A stretch of DNA of 32,000 nt from Pseudidiomarina andamanensis (GTDB lineage Bacteria; Pseudomonadota; Gammaproteobacteria; Enterobacterales; Alteromonadaceae). The DNA lies in contig NZ_CP032551.1 in the NCBI RefSeq assembly GCF_009734345.1, positions 420,001-452,000 of the forward strand, read 5' to 3'. How positions within the stretch are numbered: position 1 is the stretch's first letter; each line of letters opens with the position of its first letter. Both the position numbers and the translations under genes were made by a program. A model generated the notes under the pieces. It saw nothing but the letters and a program-made list of their open reading frames with translations. It searched no databases and was not told the DNA's origin. Shown piece after piece: positions 20,181 through 27,584 of the stretch.

Positions 20181-20350
20181 AAAAGCGTTATTCGTTATTC
20201 GTTATTCGTTATTCGTTACTGGTTATTCGTTCGCTCAGCTCGCTCAATGGTTATTTCGTATAAAATCGGAAGTAGCGCGATGCGATAGTTTGAAAGCTAG
20301 ACGTCATTGTATTCTCGAATAACGAATAACGAATAACGAATAACGTTTTT
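20181..20350. repeat. Heptamer-armed palindromic element, copy 1 (6 left units / 4 right units, 86-bp core)
   Basis: Left side: AAAAGCG (20181-20187), then TTATTCG x4, TTACTGG, TTATTCG (20188-20229). Core: 20230-20315. Right side: CGAATAA x4 (20316-20343), then CGTTTTT. Confidence 0.9.
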
Positions 20351-20370
20351 GGGTCTTCAAGGGAGTATTT

Positions 20371-21549
20371 ATGTCTGATGCAGTAGTGATTGTTGCCGCC
20401 AAACGCACCCCAATGGGTGGCTTTCAAGGCAGTTTGACCGAAGTGAGCGCCCCCAATTTAGGCGCCATCGCCATCAAAGCAGCGCTTGCAGAGAGCGGGT
20501 TGCGTGGCGACGACGTGCAGGAAGTCATTATGGGCAACGTGTTGCCGGCCGGTTTAGGGCAGGCGCCTGCGCGTCAGGCAACATTGTATGCAGGGCTACC
20601 GCGCAGTGCTGGCGCGACAACCATTAATAAAGTGTGCGGTTCTGGCTTGAAAGCGGTGATGTTCGCGCATGATTTAATTCATGTTGGTTCGGCCGATGTG
20701 GTGGTAGCTGGTGGCATGGAAAGCATGTCGAATGCGCCTTATTTGCTGAAAAAAGCGCGCGCAGGTTTCCGCATGGGCCACGATGCCATTTATGATCACA
20801 TGATGTTGGATGGTCTTGAAGATGCTTACGAAGGCAAGGCTATGGGCTGTTATGCACAGAGCACTGCTGATGACTATGGTCTTGGTCGTGAAGCGATGGA
20901 TAACTTTGCTTTGGCTTCATTAAGCCGCGCTCAAACAGCAATTAAAGACGGTTTGTTCAAAGATGAAATTGTGCCGGTCACCTACAGCACGCGTAAGGGC
21001 GATGTTACCGTTGAAATTGATGAGCAACCAGGCAAAGCCATGCCGGATAAAATTCCAGGTTTACGCCCAGCGTTTGCCAAAGATGGCACGATTACGGCAG
21101 CGAACTCGAGCTCAATTTCAGACGGTGCTGCCGCATTGGTATTGATGCGTGAAAGCGAAGCGAAAGCGCGAGGCTTAAAACCGTTAGCACGTGTTGTCGG
21201 GCATGCGACGCACTCACAAGCGCCAGCTGAATTTACCGTGGCGCCAATTGGTGCGATGAACAAATTGCTCGATAAGGTTCAATGGAATAAAGACGACGTT
21301 GACTTGTGGGAAATTAACGAAGCCTTCGCGATGGTGACCATGCTCGCTATGCAGCAAATGGATATTGACCATGACAAAGTGAATGTTCATGGCGGCGCTT
21401 GCGCACTTGGTCACCCAATTGGTGCCAGCGGCGCACGTTTGCTCGTTACGTTGCTGCACGCGCTGAAACAGCGCGGCAAGCAACGTGGTATTACGTCGCT
21501 TTGTATTGGTGGCGGCGAAGCCGTAGCTGTCGCTGTTGAAATGATCTAG
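20371..21549 (+). CDS. acetyl-CoA C-acetyltransferase (thiolase II; likely the 2-methylacetoacetyl-CoA/acetoacetyl-CoA thiolase of BCAA catabolism)
   Basis: 392 aa. Active-site Cys (NKVCGSGLKAV), plus GGACALGHPIGASGAR and LCIGGGEAVAV. SD GGGAG lies before the ATG. Confidence 0.92.
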   Translation: MSDAVVIVAAKRTPMGGFQGSLTEVSAPNLGAIAIKAALAESGLRGDDVQEVIMGNVLPAGLGQAPARQATLYAGLPRSAGATTINKVCGSGLKAVMFAHDLIHVGSADVVVAGGMESMSNAPYLLKKARAGFRMGHDAIYDHMMLDGLEDAYEGKAMGCYAQSTADDYGLGREAMDNFALASLSRAQTAIKDGLFKDEIVPVTYSTRKGDVTVEIDEQPGKAMPDKIPGLRPAFAKDGTITAANSSSISDGAAALVLMRESEAKARGLKPLARVVGHATHSQAPAEFTVAPIGAMNKLLDKVQWNKDDVDLWEINEAFAMVTMLAMQQMDIDHDKVNVHGGACALGHPIGASGARLLVTLLHALKQRGKQRGITSLCIGGGEAVAVAVEMI

Positions 21550-22394
21550 CTTGATCGTTTTGACGCGAGCCATACTGAGCTAATCAGAATGGCACCGCCG
21601 AGGGCAAGCCGTGGCCAGTCTACGGCTTGACCCCAAAACGCATAGTTAATCAGCAAGCCCGCTGGAATAAGCATATTATTCATGGTGGCAAGTTGGGCAA
21701 CGTTAACGCGCTTCGCACCAAGGTTCCATGCCAGATAACCAAGGCCGGATGCGCCGAGACCAAGCCACAGTAAAATACCCCATTCTAGCTGGGTTGTTGG
21801 TACTTTAGAGAAATCGGCAAAGAGTGCCATCGCAATACCAGATGCAGCGGTGGCGCCAATGAAGAATAGGGCGAAGGCGTGTACTTGATTACGAGCATCA
21901 CCAAGTTCGAGTCGTTTATAAAAGACTTGCCCAGCCGCGAAACATAGGTTGGCTGCTTGAATCAATAAGAAGCCAATGACAAATGAATCGCTAAGTGTTT
22001 CAAAGCGGATGACGGCGGCACCAATGACGGCGACAACCGCTGCAAGCCACCAACGAGCCGGTAAATGTCGACGTTGGAAAATCACGTCGTCGATAAGCGT
22101 CACATAAAGTGGCGTAAAAATCGTAAATAAAAGTACTTCAGGAACGGATAGATAAAGAAATGCGTGGTAGAGGAAAAGATACATCACGCCAATTTGAATG
22201 GCACCAATAACGGCGAGCTGCCATTGCTGTCGAAAAGCAAGACGAGCAGGGCGCCAAAGCGGTAAAAACAAAGCAAGCGCAAGGATCATGCGGATAAATA
22301 CGGCAATATAACCGTCGACATGGCCGGCAAGAAACTCCCCGATGAGTGAAAAGCTTGCAGCCCATAGTGCGGTCACAGCCCAAAGTATCCACAT
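21546..22394 (-). CDS. EamA/DMT-family transporter
   Basis: 282 aa, about 10 predicted TM helices, two-EamA-repeat architecture. Sits 15 nt downstream of the AraC-family gene on the same strand. Confidence 0.8.
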   Translation of the reverse strand: MWILWAVTALWAASFSLIGEFLAGHVDGYIAVFIRMILALALFLPLWRPARLAFRQQWQLAVIGAIQIGVMYLFLYHAFLYLSVPEVLLFTIFTPLYVTLIDDVIFQRRHLPARWWLAAVVAVIGAAVIRFETLSDSFVIGFLLIQAANLCFAAGQVFYKRLELGDARNQVHAFALFFIGATAASGIAMALFADFSKVPTTQLEWGILLWLGLGASGLGYLAWNLGAKRVNVAQLATMNNMLIPAGLLINYAFWGQAVDWPRLALGGAILISSVWLASKRSS

Positions 22395-22409
22395 AGTTAT
22401 TTTCCTTTT

Positions 22410-23297
22410 TTAATTTGCGCTTTTGGTTGCAGAACTTTCGCGATAGTACTGCGGTGATATACCCATCGTTTTCTTAAACAGTCGCGAAAAATAATACGGG
22501 TCATCGAAACCGAGTTGTTGACTGATTTGACGAATTGAATCGGTTGAAGCATCTAACAACTGACAGGCTATTTTAACCCGAATTTGATTAAAGTAACGCA
22601 TCGGGCTAGTACCAGTGAATTGTTTGAATTTTTTGCTGAAATGAAAGCGCGATAACCCAGCAAAATCAGCAAAATCGTCTAGGCTTAAGTCGCGATGCGA
22701 GTTGTCGTACATAAAGCGTTCGAGTGCCGGTAAATCAAAGCCTTGTGGCGCCTGCATGGTTGCCGTTAAGCGCGGTAATTCAGCAATAATTCGCTGCAGT
22801 AAACTGGCGGCGACCACCGCCGCGGCAAACTGATGACGTTGGGTTTGCAAATTGAGTAGGTCGGTAACCACTGGAATAAGTTGTCGCCAGCGAGCTAGCG
22901 TTAATACCGGTTGCTGGTCGGTTAATTCAAGAAATTCAGGGCATGCCGCTGCTGCGGAACCTTGAAAGTGTGCCCAGTAAATGCTCCAGGGCTGTTCGGC
23001 GTGCGCTGCATAAGCGTGAGCCTGCCCAGCTGGTAATAGCAATAATTGTCCAGCACGGAGCGTGCCGCTGGCCGTCTCGGTTCGATACCAGCCGCTACCG
23101 CGATGGCAAAATATGAGTAGGTAATCGGTGTGTTGCTGGCGTTCTACTTGGTGCCCTTGGGCATCGACATAATGTCCGTATGCAAGCGGATATAAATGTT
23201 TCGTCAGTGGATGGCGAGCTAGTTGTCGGGTCAATTGTAATGGCAAAACAACGCGTGAACTTCCCGTTGGAAGTGGCCACGATGAAGGTTGGCTCAT
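22410..23297 (-). CDS. AraC-family transcriptional regulator (MmsR-like, divergent from mmsA)
   Basis: C-terminal AraC HTH (SLDDFADFAGLSRFHFSKKFKQFTGTSPMRYFNQIRVKIACQLL...GFDDPYYFSRLFKK) and an N-terminal cupin-like domain. The ATG at 23297 (MSQPSS...) has GGAG 6 nt upstream. The listed start at 23375 is a TTG with no SD and is probably an over-extension. Confidence 0.8.
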   Translation of the reverse strand: MSQPSSWPLPTGSSRVVLPLQLTRQLARHPLTKHLYPLAYGHYVDAQGHQVERQQHTDYLLIFCHRGSGWYRTETASGTLRAGQLLLLPAGQAHAYAAHAEQPWSIYWAHFQGSAAAACPEFLELTDQQPVLTLARWRQLIPVVTDLLNLQTQRHQFAAAVVAASLLQRIIAELPRLTATMQAPQGFDLPALERFMYDNSHRDLSLDDFADFAGLSRFHFSKKFKQFTGTSPMRYFNQIRVKIACQLLDASTDSIRQISQQLGFDDPYYFSRLFKKTMGISPQYYRESSATKSAN

Positions 23298-23325
23298 GGA
23301 AGGCTCCGAGATCGCAATTTTGTCC

Positions 23326-23331
23326 ATTATA
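23326..23331 (-). promoter_or_regulatory. Candidate -10 box (TATAAT) for the AraC-family gene
   Basis: A perfect TATAAT on the minus strand, about 29 nt upstream of the preferred ATG at 23297. A weak -35 (TTTAAC) sits 17 nt upstream. Sequence-only prediction. Confidence 0.3.
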
Positions 23332-23387
23332 GGGGCAAAATCGTCGATGTTAAAGGACTTCGAAAACAACGACAATGAATGAACGGC

Positions 23388-23571
23388 AAAAGCGTTAGTC
23401 GTTATTCGTTATTGGTTATTCGTGAGCGTTGTTTGCTCGTTAACTCTGTATCGAGGTTTGAGCGCTTTTCGATGTGTGAATTTTTGAACCATTTTTGATT
23501 GGTTTTTGTCTTTTTCGAATAACGAATAACGAATAACCAATAACGAATAACGAATAACGAGTAACGAATTC
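23388..23571. repeat. Heptamer-armed palindromic element, copy 2 (4 left / 8 right units, 93-bp core)
   Basis: Left side: AAAAGCG (23388-23394), then TTAGTCG TTATTCG TTATTGG TTATTCG (23395-23422). Right side: CGAATAA x3, CCAATAA, CGAATAA x2, CGAGTAA, CGAATTC (23516-23571). Confidence 0.9.
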
Positions 23572-23589
23572 AATAAAGAGGTTATACAG

Positions 23590-25089
23590 ATGAGCAAGAA
23601 AGTTCCTTTATTTATCGACGGCGAATTCGTGCAGTCGAACACCAGTAACTGGATTGACGTGACCAACCCAGCCACGCAAGAAGTGATTGCACAAGCACCT
23701 TGCGCGACACAAGACGAGATGAAAAAAGCGGTTGAGAGCGCGAAAAAAGCGTTTTTGACTTGGAAAGAAGTGCCAGTTTCTGAGCGTGCGCGTGTGATGA
23801 TGCGTTATCAAGCGTTGCTGAAAGAGCACCATGATGAAATTGCTGAGATTCTTGCCAGCGAAACCGGCAAAACCTTTGATGATGCGAAAGGCGACGTATG
23901 GCGTGGTATCGAAGTAGTTGAGCATGCAGCGAACATTCCATCATTGCTGATGGGTGAAACGGTTGAGAACGTTGCGCGCGGCATTGACAGCTACAGCTAC
24001 ACACAGCCACTTGGTGTTTGTGCGGGTATTACACCATTTAACTTCCCTGCGATGATTCCACTTTGGATGTTCCCACTGGCGATTGCCTGCGGTAACACAT
24101 TCATTTTGAAACCATCTGAGCAAGATCCATTAACGCCAACGCGTTTGGTTGAGTTGTTCGAGCAAGCAGGCGCTCCAAAAGGCGTGTTGCAAGTTATTCA
24201 CGGCGGTAAAGAGCAGGTTGACTTCTTATTAGACGAACCTGCCGTACGCGCGATTTCGTTTGTTGGTTCAGTGGCTGTAGGTCAATACATCTATCGCCGC
24301 GGTACTGAAAACATGAAACGCGTTCAAGCATTTGCTGGTGCGAAAAACCACTGCGTGATCATGCCTGATGCCAACAAATCACAAGTGATTAGCAACCTGG
24401 TTGGTGCTTCGGTAGGTGCTGCGGGTCAGCGTTGTATGGCGATTTCTGTTGCGGTATTCGTTGGTGCGGCACGTGAGTGGATTCCGGAAGTTGCTGCTGA
24501 ACTTGCGAAAGTGAAGCCAGGCGCGTGGAACGATAAAGATGCAGCTTACGGTCCAGTGATCAGTCCGCAAGCGAAGCAGCGCGTTGAGAACTTTATTGCG
24601 CAAGGCCAAAAAGAAGGTGCTGAGCTGTTAGTTGATGGTCGCAACTGTAAAGTTGAAGGTTTCCCGAACGGTAACTGGGTTGGTCCAACTATGTTTGGTA
24701 AAGTGACCACCGACATGGAAATCTACAAGAATGAGATTTTCGGTCCAGTATTGTGCGCCACTGAAGTTGAAACACTCGATGACGCATTAGCCATGGTCAA
24801 TGCGAACCCATACGGCAACGGTACGTCAATCTTTACGGCAAGCGGTGCAGCGGCGCGTAAATATCAGCACAACGTTGAAGTTGGTCAAGTGGGTATCAAC
24901 ATTCCAATTCCGGTACCACTGCCGTTCTTCTCATTCACCGGCTGGAAAGGGTCATTCTTTGGTGACTTGCATGCTTATGGTAAGCAAGCGGTGCGCTTCT
25001 ACAGTGAAACCAAAACCATTACAGCTCGTTGGTTTGAAAGCGATATCGCTGATGCCAATGGTCCAAATATGACGATTCATTTGAAGTAA
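23590..25089 (+). CDS. mmsA: methylmalonate-semialdehyde dehydrogenase (CoA-acylating)
   Basis: 499 aa aldehyde dehydrogenase with catalytic Cys in [10 protein letters not shown]-terminus [12 protein letters not shown] is typical of MMSDH. SD AGAGG. Confidence 0.93.
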   Translation: MSKKVPLFIDGEFVQSNTSNWIDVTNPATQEVIAQAPCATQDEMKKAVESAKKAFLTWKEVPVSERARVMMRYQALLKEHHDEIAEILASETGKTFDDAKGDVWRGIEVVEHAANIPSLLMGETVENVARGIDSYSYTQPLGVCAGITPFNFPAMIPLWMFPLAIACGNTFILKPSEQDPLTPTRLVELFEQAGAPKGVLQVIHGGKEQVDFLLDEPAVRAISFVGSVAVGQYIYRRGTENMKRVQAFAGAKNHCVIMPDANKSQVISNLVGASVGAAGQRCMAISVAVFVGAAREWIPEVAAELAKVKPGAWNDKDAAYGPVISPQAKQRVENFIAQGQKEGAELLVDGRNCKVEGFPNGNWVGPTMFGKVTTDMEIYKNEIFGPVLCATEVETLDDALAMVNANPYGNGTSIFTASGAAARKYQHNVEVGQVGINIPIPVPLPFFSFTGWKGSFFGDLHAYGKQAVRFYSETKTITARWFESDIADANGPNMTIHLK

Positions 25090-25101
25090 TAGGACGTTGT
25101 C

Positions 25102-26259
25102 ATGAACTTTAATTTAACTGACGACCAACAAGCTTTTGTCGATACGGCAAAAGCTTTTGCTGAGAAAGAACTTGCGCCATTTGCTGCGCAGTGGGATGAA
25201 GAATCACACTTCCCAGTTGAAGTATTCCGTAAAGCCGGTGAAATGGGCTTTATGGGTATGTACACCCCAGAAGACGCCGGCGGCTTCGGCATGAGTCGAT
25301 TAGACGCGGCGTTGATTTTTGAACAATTATCGATGGGTTGTACCGCCACCACCGCCATGATGACCATTCACAACATGGTAACTTGGATGATTGGCTCGTT
25401 CGCGAAACCAGATGTGATTGAACAGTGGGTTCCAGAATTAGTGACGGGTGAGAAGTTAGGTTCTTATTGTTTGACTGAACCTGGTGCTGGGTCTGATGCG
25501 GCAAGCTTGCGAACCACTGCGAAAAAAGATGGCGATGAGTACGTGTTAAACGGCTCGAAAATGTTCATCTCAGGTGCCGGTAGTACCGACGTACTCGTTG
25601 TTATGGCGCGCACTGGTGAAGCTGGGCCGAAAGGTATTTCTGCATTTGTCGTACCAGCTGATGCAGCTGGTATTAGCTACGGCAAAAAAGAAGCGAAGAT
25701 GGGCTGGAATGCTCAGCCAACTCGTTTGGTTACTTTTGAAGATGTTCGTATTCCGGCTGATAATTTGCTTGGCGAAGAAGGCGAAGGCTTTAAGTTTGCC
25801 ATGATGGGACTAGACGGCGGCCGTATTAATATCGCGGTATGCTCAGTCGGCACTGCGCAAGCAGCGTTAGAAACAGCAACCAACTACATGCACGAACGCA
25901 CGCAGTTCGGTAAAGAGCTAGGCCACTTCCAAGCGTTGCAGTTTAAGCTAGCTGATATGGCTACCGAGCTTGTTGCTGCGCGTCAGATGGTTCGCTTGGC
26001 GGCATTCAAAGTTGATAGCAACGATCCAGATAAAACCACCTATTGCGCGATGGCAAAACGTTTTGCCACCGACGTTGGCTTCCAAGTGTGTAACGAAGCG
26101 CTGCAAATTCACGGCGGTTACGGTTACATCAAGGAATACCCGCTTGAACGTCATGTGCGCGATGTACGCGTGCATCAAATTCTTGAGGGCACCAACGAAA
26201 TTATGCGGGTGATTATCGCACGCCGCCTACTCGCCGATATGGACCGAGCCATCCTTTAA
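25102..26259 (+). CDS. acyl-CoA dehydrogenase (probable isobutyryl-/2-methylbutyryl-CoA dehydrogenase)
   Basis: 385 aa ACAD family (CLTEPGAGSDAASL...ILEGTNEIMRVIIARRLL). Substrate is inferred only from its position after mmsA. Confidence 0.85.
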   Translation: MNFNLTDDQQAFVDTAKAFAEKELAPFAAQWDEESHFPVEVFRKAGEMGFMGMYTPEDAGGFGMSRLDAALIFEQLSMGCTATTAMMTIHNMVTWMIGSFAKPDVIEQWVPELVTGEKLGSYCLTEPGAGSDAASLRTTAKKDGDEYVLNGSKMFISGAGSTDVLVVMARTGEAGPKGISAFVVPADAAGISYGKKEAKMGWNAQPTRLVTFEDVRIPADNLLGEEGEGFKFAMMGLDGGRINIAVCSVGTAQAALETATNYMHERTQFGKELGHFQALQFKLADMATELVAARQMVRLAAFKVDSNDPDKTTYCAMAKRFATDVGFQVCNEALQIHGGYGYIKEYPLERHVRDVRVHQILEGTNEIMRVIIARRLLADMDRAIL

Positions 26260-26291
26260 GGGTGGCTTTTCTGTCTTAAAAGGAGGTCATT

Positions 26292-27416
26292 ATGGATCCA
26301 GTAGTATTGTTCGACGAGCTTGAAGCAAGTAACGGCAAACGCATTGGTATCATCACCCTAAACTCAGAAAAATCATTGAACGCGTTAAGCTTACCTATGA
26401 TTCAGCTGTTGCAACCACAGCTGCAGCAATGGGCAAACGATGACGCTATTGCCTGCGTATTTATGCAAGGGGCGGGTGAGAAAGCTTTCTGCGCTGGTGG
26501 CGATATTGTGGCCATGTACAAAGCCATGCAAGCGAAGCCAGGCGTGTTGGTTGATGAGGTTGCTGACTTTTTTAGCCAAGAATACCGACTTGATTACGCC
26601 ATTCACACCTTCCCAAAGCCGCTTGTGCTTTGGGGGCACGGCATTGTGATGGGCGGTGGTATGGGCCTCATGAACGGTGCCAGCCATCGTATTGTGACTG
26701 AGCGCTCGTTGTTGGCTATGCCGGAAGTGACGATTGGTTTGTACCCTGATGTTGGCGCGACCCACTTTTTGAATCAAATGCCTGAGGGCTGTGGCCTATT
26801 CTTAGGGCTCACTGGCGCGCACATGAACGCGACAGATGCGCTGTATTTGAAACTGGCGGATCATTTTGTGGCAAGCACCAGTAAAGACGACGTACTCGCA
26901 GGCTTGAAAGACGTGAAGTGGGGCGATACCGCTGCATTGAATCACCAAAAAGTGACTGATGTTCTCAATGGCATTGGCATGCGCGATAGCAATCAGCGTC
27001 CTGCTGGACAAGTGGAAGCCCACCAGCAATTGATTAAAAAGTTGACGCAAGGTGCTGACATCGAAGCCGTTGTTAATGCAATTGTGAATGATACGACCGA
27101 TGACAAATGGCTAGCTCGCGCCCGTCAAACCCTGGCGGCAGGTTGTCCAATGACTGCTCATATTGTGTGGAATCAATTACAACACGGCGCTGATTTGAGT
27201 TTAGCTGACTGCTTCCGTCTTGAATTAACCTTATCGGTTCAATGTGCGATGCGCGGCGATTTCGCAGAGGGTATTCGCGCGCTGTTAATTGATAAGGATA
27301 AGCAGCCGAAGTGGCAGCATGGTTCGGTTGGTGAGGTTTCGGCTGAAGAGGTTGATGGCTTTTTCACGTCGCCATGGGCGGCAGCTGATCACCCACTCGC
27401 AACTTTAGGTAAGTGA
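26292..27416 (+). CDS. 3-hydroxyisobutyryl-CoA hydrolase (long crotonase-family enzyme)
   Basis: 374 aa. GAGEKAFCAGGDIV and AMPEVTIGLYPDVGATHFL motifs, with the C-terminal extension typical of HIBCH rather than a 260-aa hydratase. Strong SD AAGGAGG. Confidence 0.82.
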   Translation: MDPVVLFDELEASNGKRIGIITLNSEKSLNALSLPMIQLLQPQLQQWANDDAIACVFMQGAGEKAFCAGGDIVAMYKAMQAKPGVLVDEVADFFSQEYRLDYAIHTFPKPLVLWGHGIVMGGGMGLMNGASHRIVTERSLLAMPEVTIGLYPDVGATHFLNQMPEGCGLFLGLTGAHMNATDALYLKLADHFVASTSKDDVLAGLKDVKWGDTAALNHQKVTDVLNGIGMRDSNQRPAGQVEAHQQLIKKLTQGADIEAVVNAIVNDTTDDKWLARARQTLAAGCPMTAHIVWNQLQHGADLSLADCFRLELTLSVQCAMRGDFAEGIRALLIDKDKQPKWQHGSVGEVSAEEVDGFFTSPWAAADHPLATLGK

Positions 27417-27418
27417 TA

Positions 27419-27576
27419 AAAAGCGTTGTTCGTTATTCGTGCGTTCGCTTTGCTCACTGTTCGTACGTGCTTCGCACTGTTCGAATAGCGCAGCGGACGA
27501 ATAATGAACAACGAATAACGAACAACGAATAACGAACAACGAATAACGAACAACGAATAACGAGCAACGAATAACG
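27419..27576. repeat. Heptamer-armed palindromic element, copy 3 (2 left / 11 right units, 58-bp core)
   Basis: Left side: AAAAGCG (27419-27425), then TTGTTCG TTATTCG (27426-27439). Right arm at 27498-27574 alternates CGAATAA/CGAACAA (14-nt superperiod), then CGAGG supplies the mmsB SD. Confidence 0.9.
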
Positions 27577-27584
27577 AGGTTCTT

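Noticed and set aside
20247-20288. 13-codon mini-ORF (MVISYKIGSSAMR) inside the core of element copy 1, a possible leader peptide
   Set aside because: There is no Shine-Dalgarno upstream, the other cores have no equivalent ORF, and it is not enriched in Leu/Val/Ile codons as an attenuation leader would be.
20316-20345. Resemblance of GAATAA / TTATTC units to ARG-box (TGAATnnnnATTCA) or Fur-box (GATAAT) half-sites
   Set aside because: Within an arm the units are direct repeats with 7-bp spacing. They do not form the 18-19 bp palindromes those regulators need, and the inverted partner is 40-90 bp away. The similarity is limited to A/T-rich hexamers.
23409-23675. 88-aa minus-strand ORF (…[17 protein letters not shown]…) spanning the mmsR-mmsA spacer and the mmsA 5' end
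   Set aside because: Its periodic peptide is simply the stop-free (CGTTATT)n sense of the repeat arm. It overlaps the well-supported mmsA start and has no SD. It is an artefact of the repeat.
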